This document shows, in pieces, positions 1-11,241 of a stretch of DNA of 64,000 nt (positions within the stretch are counted from its first letter, which is position 1; every line of letters begins with the position of its first letter). This stretch comes from Podarcis filfolensis (lineage: Eukaryota): the NCBI GenBank assembly GCA_964270895.1, contig OZ185437.1. The stretch is one strand, 5' to 3'. The translations under genes and the position numbers were made by a program. Below the pieces are notes generated by a model. That model ran no database searches, was not told the DNA's origin, and saw only the letters and a program-made list of their open reading frames with translations.

Positions 1-1374
1 TGGCTAGGATTGTACCCAACCTAGCTTGATGAGGTAGAAACAATCGAGCATTGAACCGGAGCGCTGGAATGCAAATAGGCTTGCAGAGCTGTACAATCTA
101 GTTTAGATTTAGGTTGCAATGAGAATAAACCCCTCTGAATGCAGCAAGACTTCTGAATAAGCATGCATGTGACAGCTTAGTTTCTGGAGAACACTAGTGC
201 ACAGTTTCTCAATAAAATACAATTGGATATTAAAGTGGCTTCCGACAGAAAAGAAAATGCTCGAGAAGATAACATAGCCCATGGTTCGCCTCAAGCACAG
301 CAACACTTCAAAAGTATTTATAGCAATGAATTGCTTACAAAGGTTAATACAATAGTAATTGTGTACATTTGGTAGTGGAAGTGGTAAATGTATACTAAAG
401 TAATTTTTATCAAAGAGTGTCCATCCACAATTAAGTTCTTCTCTAGCACTGATTTCAGTGGAAGAGATTTAAGCATCAGTGGAAGAGATTTAAGCATCAT
501 AAATGTCATGTGCCAAATTAGTTTGGCTTTAACAATGGTTTTGGCCTTCTGTTTAAGATGCTTTCCTCTGTATTTCAAAGTGACTGCAGTATATCCTGCC
601 AGCCTACCTGTTGTTTTTTTTATCTTTCCCTACCTATGAATGTTCTTGGTTATTATTTTTTTCCTTGAGCATACAGTAACAAACCAGCGATAAATGTCTG
701 TTCAATTTGCATACAGTCTTGTCTGAAATAAAAACATGAAGTGATGAAGTCTGACATAGCCAGAAAAATGTATCTCGGAAGACCTCAAACACAGGCTAAG
801 AAATCAGCTGATCATAAGGAAATATTGTGGGGGTTAAGTCCTTGGGGGCAAAATCATGTGTTTTGGTGTGTTTGTTTTTTTACTAGCCATCGTACGTATT
901 TAAGAAATAAAATTGTCATGAACATTATTTTGTTGCTAAAAGATACGGCTGTGATCTTGCATGTTGCTTAAGGCTGAAGTCTGAAAAGCAATCTTGTTAA
1001 GTAGCAACTCTCACTGAGCTCATTTACTTCTGGGTAAGCATACTTAGGGGTCATGCTGCATGGATCATGGCCTTCCACTGGATTTAAGTAGCCTAACAGC
1101 TGGATTGCAGTTTTAAAGTGCAGCCCTGTGCTTCGTTACTGAGAACTCTTCGGTAGAACTTCCATATTATCTGTGAAGCATTACAGGGTCAATTAATGTT
1201 TAGCATAAGGCATAGTAAAGCTTCAATTAAATGAGTGGCGAAGGACACAGGAAACACTACCAGGTCAGTTCCTTTGTCCACCTAGTCCTGCATTGTCTAC
1301 TGGCAGCCATCCTCCAGGGTTTTCAGCCTTGGATGGGGATGCTAAACACTGAACCTGTGCTATAACTCGGCATT

Positions 1375-1508
1375 ATGGGCATAGATGGGGGGCAGGTGCC
1401 CCCTAAATCAAGTAAATAAATAAAAATACTTCATCATTGGCCAATTGTGTTGCAGATAACTCAATTCTGCCCCCCCAACAAAAAGCCTGTCTCCCTGGCC
1501 ACGCCCAT
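1375..1508. mobile_element. short MITE-like repeat (PIF/Harbinger-like) upstream of ID2
   Basis: Imperfect terminal inverted ends ATGGGCATAG...CCACGCCCAT; internal CCCCCTAAATCAAGTAAATAAATAAAAATACT resembles a lizard interspersed repeat as I recall it. Confidence 0.45.
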
Positions 1509-2087
1509 GCTCTGCACCCAGGTAGCCTGATTAGGAATGTAAGTGTAGTCTTGTGGCAGAGAAGCCACATACCTTGGGGAGGAGGGAGAAGTGGCGAAAG
1601 GGTTGAGCGAGAACAAGTCCAGGGTCATATCTTGGTTGGTTGGTGGAAGCAGCTACTGCCCTTCAGCCTCTTATGTTCCTTTCCAAGAACATGTAAGCTG
1701 GCACTCAGTGATTACAGCCACTTGCGTGGAGTGCAATTTTATTTCCCTTGCAGGGTGGGAAAAGAACGTTTCCAACAATAACGCCACATGAGGAAATGTC
1801 ATTGGGATGTTAACAATCCACATCTTTTTTTTAACAACAACAAAAAATATATACAGGGGAGGAGCACTACCTGTACTTATTATGGGAGAGAGTTGCTCAC
1901 AAATTATGAGCTGGATCGAAAGGCAAAAAAGTGGGAGAGAGGAACATGAGGGATAGCAAAACCTGAAGACCTTCCAGTAGCCCAGAGAGGTCAAAAGGCA
2001 GAGGTGCCAATGTCTGATCTTACCTGCGCAAGTAATCTCCCTCAAAGCTAATTTCAAAGTACAGTATATATAGTTGTGTATGTGTAT

Positions 2088-2111
2088 ACACACACACACA
2101 CACACACACAC
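2088..2111. repeat. (AC)n microsatellite
   Basis: Perfect AC dinucleotide run. Confidence 0.95.
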
Positions 2112-2730
2112 TGCATTATAGGCAGCATAGATATTGCAAATAACCTCAAAACCACCCATGCACCCCTGAATCTAATGTTTACTGGAGGTATATTTATTTT
2201 CAGTGACAACCCACCATGTCATAATTAAGTATAATGATCTATATGGTGTAGTGATTTGTTTTGAGCAGGCTTCCGCCATAGTTATCTTCAAGAAAAGCTT
2301 CACGCATACAAATAAAGTAAGGCATTCATATTTGTCCTATGATTCATTTATATCTATTTAAATGCCATGTATACATTAAAGGGGCACAAGCAGGAGTCTT
2401 ACATGAACAATATATGTCTATGGGTACTACATATGCACGTTAGCCTAACGCTCTGAAATTTATAGCGTCGCTTAGCTAGCGTACTTGCGAAACTAAACAA
2501 CTCCATCGCCTCGAAAACTTCTGGATTTCTGCACCGCTGGCAGAGAGGGAACAGTTCCATTTAAGCCTCGCATGTTTGACAGATGTGCTTGACTAGGTTA
2601 CAGTTATCCCCCCCCCCCTTGCAGTGCCTCGGCTTCCAACATCCCATGATGTCGTTTCACTAAAATAGCCACAAATAAACTATTCAGTTGTTTTAGCCAA
2701 ATAATTACAGTATCTGACCGTGAGTGAGAT

Positions 2731-2749
2731 CACACACACACACACACAC
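2731..2749. repeat. (CA)n microsatellite
   Basis: Perfect CA run. Confidence 0.9.
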
Positions 2750-3275
2750 TCACATATCTCAAGGGAACTGCTTCAAAATAAGTAATCTGTGATTGCAAGT
2801 CTTGGGCCAATTAGGCTTGAAACAGACTGCCAGAGAAGACTGGAAGTTACTATCACTGCTGTTTGGTTTGCTTATAAAAAGAACTTGTATGTTCCCTTTT
2901 TGGTAAGCATTGCATCTAAAAACCACTCTTGCAGGTTCTTTAAAAATATATATTATAATACTAACTCTGTGGCCCATACATGGAAGAAAACTAACTTGTT
3001 ACACTCATGGTGACAACTGTATATGATGCATCCTATGTCCAGTTGACACGCAGGAAGAGTGAGGTAGCCACAGCCACTGTGAGAGCAGGATGGAATCTCG
3101 TTGGCCTGATCCTGCAGGGCTCTTCTTGCGTTCTTTTCTCAGGCCTGCCTCTTGGGAACCAAGCTGCAAAGAGCAGCCCTTTCCGCGCCTTCCTCTCCCT
3201 CGGAATGCTCTCGGTTTGACTCCAGGCTCGGCTCTTGCCTGTGCAGTATTTACTACCCACAGCTGTGCTCGGGGG

Positions 3276-3443
3276 CCCGCCCCGCTCTGCCAGGATTGGC
3301 TGCGAACGCGGAAGGCCCGAGCCTTCTCTTCGGCTGCCTTGGCACCAGTGAGAAGTGCCTGCGCGCCTGACGGACGTGTCCAGGGTGCCCAATCGCAGCG
3401 CGCCCAGCCTGGATTTGTCAGCTGCTGGACGTGCGGTATAAAA
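3276..3443 (+). promoter_or_regulatory. ID2: ID2 core promoter: GC box 3276-3282, inverted CCAAT 3294-3298, half-CRE TGACG 3368-3372, CCAAT 3389-3393, TATAAAA 3437-3443
   Basis: Motifs read directly. TATA lies about 25-30 nt upstream of GCTTCATTCCGAGC, which resembles the mammalian ID2 5'UTR start, so TSS is near 3465-3470. Confidence 0.75.
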
Positions 3444-4715
3444 GCAGGAACGAGGCGCCTTCAGCTTCATTCCGAGCGCGGATCAGGCAGCTGCAAAGAG
3501 CAGGAATCGGAGGAGGAAGGCTAGGCGCGGAGAGAAGAGACGCGAGAGCCATTTCCTCCCCGTGGCGCGTGCGTTTTTGCGTTTCGTCTCCAAAAAGGCA
3601 AAGCCGGCTCTCTTCTTTCCACCAGCATGAAAGCATTCAGTCCGGTGCGGTCCGTGCGGAAAAACAGCCTCTCGGAGCACAGCTTGGGGATATCCAGGAG
3701 CAAAACCCCGGTGGACGACCCGATGAGTTTGCTGTACAACATGAACGACTGCTACTCCAAGCTCAAAGAGCTGGTGCCCAGCATCCCGCAGAACAAGAAA
3801 GTCAGCAAGATGGAAATCCTGCAGCACGTTATCGACTATATTCTAGACCTGCAGATCGCTCTGGACACGCACCCCAGCATCGTCAGCCTCCATCACCAGA
3901 GACCGGGACAAAACCCTTCCTCCAGGACCCCGCTGACCACCTTAAACACAGATATCAGCATCCTGTCATTACAGGTAAGCAGTGGCGTAGCGTGGGGGGT
4001 GCAGGGGGGGCCGGCCGCACCGGGCGCAACTTCTGGGGGGGGGCGCGCTCGCTGCCTCCGGAGTCCCCGAAGAGCCTGGGGCGCAGGCTGTAGCAGAGCC
4101 CCATGTCTCGCCGAACCGACGAGCTGGCAGCGGCTCTCAGCGCTTGCCACGGTCCCCGCGCATCAGGGCCTCGGAGGGCACGCCAGGCAGCCCCTCCTCA
4201 CCGACGGGCAGCGTTCGCCTGCGGGGCTCGGCCAGCGCGCTGGGCTGGCCGCGTGGAGTCGCCGAGGAGCCGCCGCCTGCCATGCCGCCCTGGCTGCTTC
4301 AGCCGCGTCCTACAGCCGGCTCGAGGCTCCTTCCGGCCGGGTCTCCCGACGGGGCGCTGCGGGTGGAGGCTCCGGCACCAAGCGCCACGCCGCCCAGGCT
4401 CGGGTCGCTATCTGGACGCGCGCAGCCCGCCAAACGCGCCACCGGCGGCGAACGAAGCGCCCAGCCGGAGCCACCTGCGCTCTAGTCCCTGCGCGCCAAG
4501 ACCGCCCACCCGCCCCGACGGGGCCCGCCCACCCTAGCCAGAGGCCGGCCGACGCACTGGCCCCAGAGGCGCCCCCTCCCCGCGCCAGAAAGAAGCCCCC
4601 TCCCCGCGCCAGAAAGAAGCCGCGTCGGGGCTAGCCGGGCCGGGGAGGGAGACCGAGAAGGCTGCGCCGCGACGCCCAAAGACGCGCGTCTTGGCGCAAA
4701 GGGGCCCGCGGCCCC
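3280..4715. promoter_or_regulatory. ID2: CpG island covering ID2 promoter, exon 1 and intron 1
   Basis: Very high GC and CpG density against an AT-rich, CpG-depleted background. Confidence 0.9.
3627..3974 (+). CDS. ID2: ID2 (inhibitor of DNA binding 2, HLH protein) coding exon 1, aa 1-116
   Basis: [80 protein letters not shown]-box RTPLTTLN; donor CAG|GTAAGC after 3974. Confidence 0.99.
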
Positions 4716-4875
4716 ATTCTAATGTCCATTCTAATGTCCCCCATTGTGGTCAAATCGGAATCCTTGCCCGTCACGGTTAGTGCCTTTTGTAATCTGGAGT
4801 GTGCTTCATATGCTTTCTTGAACTGTTAAGCGTCTTAACACCACACTGCCTTCCCCCTTCCCTCCCCCGTTGCAG

Positions 4876-4932
4876 GCAGCTGAATTCCCCTCAGAGTTAA
4901 TGTCAAATGACAGCAAAGCACTTTGTGGCTAA
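4876..4932 (+). CDS. ID2: ID2 coding exon 2 (AAEFPSELMSNDSKALCG*); exon continues as UTR to donor after 4940
   Basis: Pyrimidine tract and TGCAG acceptor at 4875, phase 0, TAA 4930-4932, donor TTG|GTAAGT; total 134 aa as in mammalian ID2. Confidence 0.98.
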   Translation, partial: AAEFPSELMSNDSKALCG

Positions 4933-5573
4933 AGGAATTGGTAAGTTGTTCAGGTTTCTTTCTGTTTTTTAAGTATATGATTTAACAGTGTTGCCCATCA
5001 GAAATGTGGGAGGGGGGGTGTTCAGAATTGCCCTTGGAACTGTCTTAAAATTACACAGAACCGAGGATCCTATGAAGTGGCAGTTTAAGTCATAAAATGC
5101 ATGTTGGCTTCTGCATATTCTGTACCCAAAACGTTGGATGCTGTAAATTCAGGGACAACCTCCAGAAAGCCTAATCAAATGGGGCAGTGAAACTTAACAT
5201 GGAGATACAGAATCGTTCCTTGTTAAAGAACTTGTAATGAAAAGATAATTGCTCAGAGAAGTAGGTTAGTGTCTCTTGCCACCGCAAATAGAGATTCAAA
5301 TAGTTATTATATAGAGAATTTGGGGGCAGAGGGGGAGGGTGTTACCAGGAGTCTCTTCATACTCAAACCCCAGACAATTTTTTAATTTCATATGTGGTGT
5401 CTGTATCAGAGTGTGTGTTTGTGTGCGCATGCTGCATCTGGACGCCAGGGTTTGCCCAATCTTTGAGTGTTTGGTTAAATGTTCAAACTGTGGCTTCCTC
5501 TCTGGCGCCAGTCTGTCCGGATCTCTGCCCTGTTAGCATTCTTCTAAATATGCCTCTCTTCAATCTTTTGCAG

Positions 5574-6304
5574 GTGTTTGCTGACTTTTTTTTTTTTTTG
5601 CACAAGAAGACAGCCTCTTTTTTCCCTTTTTTTTGGGGCGAGCTGCTGAATCTGATTTTCAGCTGTATCTGGAGGGGGAGAATCCATATCCAGTTAAATG
5701 GACATTTTAAGCGAAATTGTGGACACCCATCTCCCCTCTTCTGCAACATGGACTAATCTTAATTATTTATGAAGAGACTTTTAAAAATGCCCTTTCTCTA
5801 GTTGGAAGGCTTCATTTATATAATATCCCCACAACGGGGAGCAAAATGAAATGTAAAAAATGAAACAAAAACTCATAAGGAATTGCCCCTTTTAAATGCA
5901 GACTTTGCCTTTTTTCCTCCAAAGGTGGAGCGTGAGTACTAGAAGGATTTAGTGTTCAGTTTTTCAGTGAAGTCTTTGTCAAAAATTATCCTCTTTTGAC
6001 ACAAACGTAGGACTGAATGCTATGTATATATTTATATATAAATATGGGAATGAAACTTTGAACTCTTTAATTAGAGTTTTCTTGTATAGTAGCAGAAATG
6101 TGCATTTCTGCAAAAAGTGTAATGATGTACGTAATCATGCTAAACTTTTTATAAAAGTTTAGTTGTAAACTTAACCTTTTTATACAAAATCAAAATAAAT
6201 AATGTGTGTTTATTGAACAGTAGTTTGCTTGCTTTATTCATAGTGACCAACAGTTTTCTGGGGGTGATTTGGGGGGGGAGTATTTGTAAAACCTACACAA
6301 TAAA
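5574..6304 (+). other. ID2: ID2 non-coding exon 3 (3'UTR) with AATAAA at 6194-6199 and 6299-6304 and Pumilio element TGTATATA at 6023-6030
   Basis: Acceptor TCTTTTGCAG|GTGTTTG; AU-rich sequence resembling the mammalian ID2 3'UTR; exact 3' end not determinable. Confidence 0.85.
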
Positions 6305-7342
6305 AAAGTACCTGAAATGAATGTATGTTCCTAAGTTGCTTAAAAAAAGAGGGGAGGAGGTATGGTAGATGTCTGATAATCAGCTTATGAAATCGCCGTA
6401 GGAGAAACTGCTTAAGTTGTTCATTACCTAGAGAATGATGTTAAGCTCTGGCAAAATCAAATTCAGTTTAGCCAGAGAAATTCCTCTGCTCTGTTTGTTC
6501 TTCATCCTGGGTTGATTGACTTGCACTAACTTCGCACAGGAACTACTTCAACTCCAAGCAAACTTGCCCTTTTGGATAATTATGCCTAACTAAGATTAGC
6601 AGAGAGCTGTTACATTTCCCCAGCCACCCAGCTTCTGCAACACATTTTAACGGAGAAGCTGATGTGTAGCACTAAACTGAAAATTTTACCTAAATCCATG
6701 CAATATTTCAAGGCAAAGGGGTATTAGTTAATCAGTTGCAGCAGCTTCCCTATATGACTAAGCTATTGAGAAATGAAAGTCACCCCTCATGTTATTGATT
6801 AAACTTTGGCTGCTCTAAGCACCACCCTCTCCCTGCAAAAGAAATTGAGTTGTATTTGTAGTAATGCCTTAAGGCAGGCTGCAATCCTGCACAAAGTTAG
6901 GATGTTGCAATACAGTGATTCACATGGAATTCAGGCGGCGTAAATATGTGTAGGTTTCTCCTGCTCCCCCCACCCAAAAAAATTATGCACCTTTTTTCCT
7001 GTTCTGCATGCAACCCCAACTTTCTAGTGCAGAAATAATCGTTTGTAGCAGCTATACTATACCTGCCTATTGGAAATTAATAGGATGTGGTCAGTTTCTA
7101 CCACCAGCAACAGCCAGTTCTCAGCGCACTACGTTAATTTCTGACTCTTGGCAAAGCTGCACAGCAGAAGCATCTGCAGCAGACTGCACTAAGTTTTGGG
7201 GAAAGAGTCCTGGTGAGGAATGCCTCTGTTTGGCACCTGGGCGTGAGCCTGGGTATTCTGTGCTCTGGGGACTCTTACACTGAAATGCAGAAGCCTCACC
7301 TGGGGCCTGTAACACTTTCACCAAAGAGAACAGGTGTGTGGG

Positions 7343-7359
7343 TGGCGCCGCACAGTCTG
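7343..7359 (+). promoter_or_regulatory. bipartite BMP-responsive element TGGCGCC-N5-GTCTG
   Basis: Exact match to the Smad1/5 GC box plus Smad4 SBE with 5-nt spacer, about 1 kb past the ID2 3' end, in a CpG-enriched block. Confidence 0.6.
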
Positions 7360-8509
7360 CCGCAGCTGTCTTTCCTCGCCCTTGACATCAAATCTATCCA
7401 CAGAGACGGGGGGGGGGGAGCCAGCTCAGATCAGTTTAGTACAGAAGCTGCCCCAACCAATCAGCGGCCCAGCCTTCTCAAAAGGGATCAGAGCAATCTA
7501 AGCGGGAAGAGAGCTCATCTTCTCTGCCTCCTGTGTTCCGTCACTATTTCCGTCAAATTAATGAGGGCCTCAAGCCTTAAATATACGATAAATATGATTT
7601 TATCTTTCACCAAACAGGCAAAGTTCTGTCGACAGCAGAACGCTAGGAGTTTAGAGTCGCATATCTGAACTTTCCACGTGCTCTGGGATGCATATCTGCA
7701 AACTGGAATTTAATTTGCAGAGGGTTTTATTCTGTAGAGTATTTTGGCTGCTCCCAAGAGCAACCCATATGACTCACTATCCTACTTCCTCTTTCTTTCA
7801 AGGCATTTCATCTTAATATTCAAATTCGGGCTCTTTGGCATAGGCAGAACAATGTGTCATTCATGCCACTAATGTATTTGACTCCTCCCCAGGAGTAAAG
7901 TCATAACAACACTGAAAACTTTCCACAGTTACTTTCAACTTCAATTTTGAACGCTTGGGCATCAGCGGACACTACAGAATCTAAACCCATAGCTGCCTCC
8001 TCCCTACCAGTCAGTTTTAGTGTTTGCACGTAACAAATGAGGGAACGGTAGAGAATTAATTAAACCTAAATGACAAATAATTGCCTTAAACTGCAATAAC
8101 TGTCACACAAATTGTGTATCTACCCCTTTTTGTATTATGGGCTTCGTTAGTTGCATGATTCTGTCAAACAATTCCTCAGCATTTCAACGGAAACAACAGA
8201 TTTTACATCAAATTTAGTTTTGCTGTTAAGACGGATTCCACTGTAGTGTGACAAACCCAACACTTTACAAGAAGGTACAAGTGTTATAAAGATGGCAACA
8301 TACTCTCAAGCCTGTATCAGATTGTGAGAATGGATCAGGAATAATCTATCATTAACATGGTTCATAAATACAATTTAGATGGAAGTGAATTTGAGGGAAC
8401 AGCCAGTCTCAATATTTTATTTTCCAGATTAACTGATCTGTGGGGCTTGCTCTCAGTCACTGATATAGAACAACTCCCAGAGCAAGCTTCTGAAAAGCTC
8501 TTCACTATA

Positions 8510-8769
8510 CAGTAGACGCTCGCGTTGCGAACGTGATCCATGCGGGAAGCACGTTTGCAACCCACAGCGCCCGCAACCCACAGCGCTGCATATGCACACG
8601 CACGGGTTGCGATTTGGCGCTTCACATGCGCAAAGCACGATTTAGTGCTTCTGTGCATGCGCAAGTGCCAAAACCCAGAAGTAACCCGTTCCAGTACTTC
8701 CAGGTTCAGGGCGCTGTGCGCAACCCAAAATTGCACAAGCCGAAGCATCTGTAACCTGAGGTATGACTG
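8510..8769. mobile_element. Tc1/mariner-type MITE
   Basis: TA at 8508-8509 and 8770-8771 flank CAGT...ACTG termini; internal CTGTAACCTGAGGTA is shared with other MITE copies in the window. Confidence 0.8.
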
Positions 8770-9944
8770 TATTCAATATGATCATACTTCTGCTTATATA
8801 AACAGCTTGATGAAAAGGTAGAATACCCTGTTGACTCACTAGTGAACAATTCCAATGTGTGTAATGTACATCTGACTCAATTCACCAAGAGTATGGTAAT
8901 TTAAAAGCCTTTTGCAAGAGGGGTAAAAATACTGCATTTCGTCCTGCTGTGCAGAAAAAGAAATGCAGTAAGGATTAACTGAACTGTTTGGCAAAAGTTT
9001 CCTAAGGAACAAACATCAGTATGCCAATAGTTCTCTCTTTGGGGGCCTAATCTAATGCAAAACAGGACTGAAATAGCACATTTGCAGATACAGCACTGAG
9101 CAAAAAGGTGGTCAATACAGAGCAGGACAATCTATGGTCAGAGGTGTGTCAGCTAAGGATAGCTGACAAAAATGATTCCATGTGGCAACATTCACACAGT
9201 GTAAGCCAGCCTTGTAAGATGCATCACTGTCAAGTTCAAATTACAAGAACGTCAAAAAAAGTTAAGGGAACTGTCCAATCACAATTTTGGGTTGCTAAGA
9301 ATTTACCAAAGTGCTTTACAAATCCCCTCTCTCTCTCTCTCTTACCTAAAGAAGCCTGCCATTCTGAAATGTAACTGTGAGGAAATGCATGCAAATATTG
9401 AATATTCCTATTTTTGAGAAGCATTCCATTCGTGCCAAACATTACTGTTTCTGTCTGTGGACAGTGAGCACCACCTTGCGGCCTAGACAAAGATGACAAC
9501 TTCCACTTTTTTTAAAAAAAAAGGCTTCCTGCTGTATTTACAAATAGATCAAAACTATCTATTTGAAAGAGATATTGATAGAAGTAAATTTTGAAGTCTG
9601 AACTTATTTGCTTTATTAAGTTTATATCCCACCTTTCCTCCAAAATAAGCCCATTTTAATGATTCAAGGGAAACAAATGTCCTTGGGCATTTTCTCAAAA
9701 AGCTGGCTTGTGATTCTGTTATAACTCAATTCGGCTGCCAAATAAACAAACTCTTTCCTGTCAGAAAGGGCCAGAGAGTCCAATGAAATATGGGACGCCC
9801 ATTGCATTCTATAGGACAAGATATTCTAATTCAAGTTCTCCACAACATTTAAGTAGCCCTGCTTAGCATTCCATCCAACTGCACCTGAGAGATCAGACAC
9901 AAAAACCCCCCACACCACACCACAATTCGGGCTGGGACTGGCTC

Positions 9945-10651
9945 CTTTCATTTATTTCTTTAATTGTAAGATTTTTCCAGTGCCCACTGCAAGGTCCCAG
10001 GGCGGGCTGTAGCAATACTTTGATACAACAAAAAGCAAATGAAAGTCCAGCTGTTTATACAAAAAAACCAAGCAGAACTAATTCAAGCAAAAACAGCAGA
10101 GCATAAATTAACCAAAACAGAAAAGTTGGGTCCCACAATACCATAACTCATCAAAGGGTAGGCTAAAAGGGGGTGCATCTTCAGCATGACATGGAAGCTA
10201 TACAATGAATATGCTAGAGGCACTTCTGTGATCTTTTCTGGACCAGTGTACTTGAGGGTGGTAGAATATCAAAAGGGCCCTCTTTGCTCATAACACCCAA
10301 GAGGGTTGGTAGGGATGGAGGCAGTTTTTCAGATATCTGGGCACTAAGTTGTTTCGGGCTTTCCACCCCAATAGGAACACCTTGAACTGGGCCTGGAAAC
10401 CAACCAGCAACCAGTGCTTTTAAAACAGGGCTTATATGAGCTCTAAATGAAATCCCGGCCAGTAAGCTGGCTGTTGCATTTTGGAACAGCTGGATTTCTG
10501 GAGTCTCCATGTAGAGCGCATTGTAGTAGTCCAATATGGCAGTTTCCTGAACATGGAGTACAGTGGCCACATTGTCTCTGTCCATGAGGAGCCATAGCTA
10601 GAAATGAAGGCACTCCCAGCCTAGATCCAGGAGCACCCCTAAGCTATGAAC
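9945..10651 (-). mobile_element. L2-clade LINE 3' fragment (degenerate ORF2 C-terminus)
   Basis: ORF 10214-10585 LDYYNALY...QLFQNATASLLAG...HISPVL matches the L2/CR1-group RT C-terminal motif LDYCNALY..LQLVQNAAARLLTG..HITPVL; AT-rich tail near 9945-9965. Confidence 0.8.
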
Positions 10652-11241
10652 TGGCAGGACAACAGGAGGAAGAGGAGGGAAAGGATCCCTGTGAGGGGTG
10701 TAGCTGGGACTAGGACACACTGGGGCAAGCTTGGGCTGGGGAAGGAAAGATTGGTGTTGAAAGTACTCACAGGGTGACGGAGGATGACAAGATGAGGGTC
10801 AGTGCACAGGAACCAGAGCAGCAGGGCCCATCACCAGGGTGGCCCCTGTCTTCACAAATGCAGCGGGCTCTGAGGCCTAGGGAGCAGTGGGCAGGGTGCT
10901 CCATGAGGCTGAGGCAGGCAAGAGCCCACAGCCCAGCTCCCTAGCTGGCCAGGTGGGGCTCGCTAGCTCTGGGAGGAAGTGTGTGATTCCTCAGCAGCAG
11001 CAGGTTTGGAACAGGTGAGGGTCATCTGCCTCATCAAGCCCAGATGCTGCAATCAGCAGAGCAGAGGTCCCGAGTCTGCTCACCTGACCACGTTGATGGC
11101 TCTCAACTTGAGTGCTTCGGTTTGGACTTTGGAAACGTGGATTGACCCCAGACTGGGAACTTGACATACTGACTTGTTGCCAGACAGGCAAGGGGTTCAG
11201 GACAGGGACCTGATTTTTCCTAGGGGGTGCAGTCCTGTTCA
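10652..11241. mobile_element. probable solo LTR (Gypsy-like) inserted into the L2 fragment
   Basis: Starts TG and ends CA, imperfect terminal inverted repeat TGGCAGGAC...GTCCTGTTCA, 4-bp TSD GAAC at 10648-10651 and 11242-11245, GC-rich interior. Confidence 0.55.

Noticed and set aside
3033-4679. Many overlapping long ORFs on both strands around ID2 (e.g. 3431-4093, 3033-3470, 4103-4537)
   Set aside because: Expected by-product of a stop-poor CpG island; low-complexity Arg/Ala/Pro translations with no recognisable domain
8839-8946. Strong minus-strand acceptor (TTTCTTTTTCTGCACAG|CAG) opening QDEMQYFYPSCKR...IVH* as a candidate alternative terminal exon of KIDINS220
   Set aside because: No homology I can recognise; such acceptors occur by chance; about 10 kb from the stop codon
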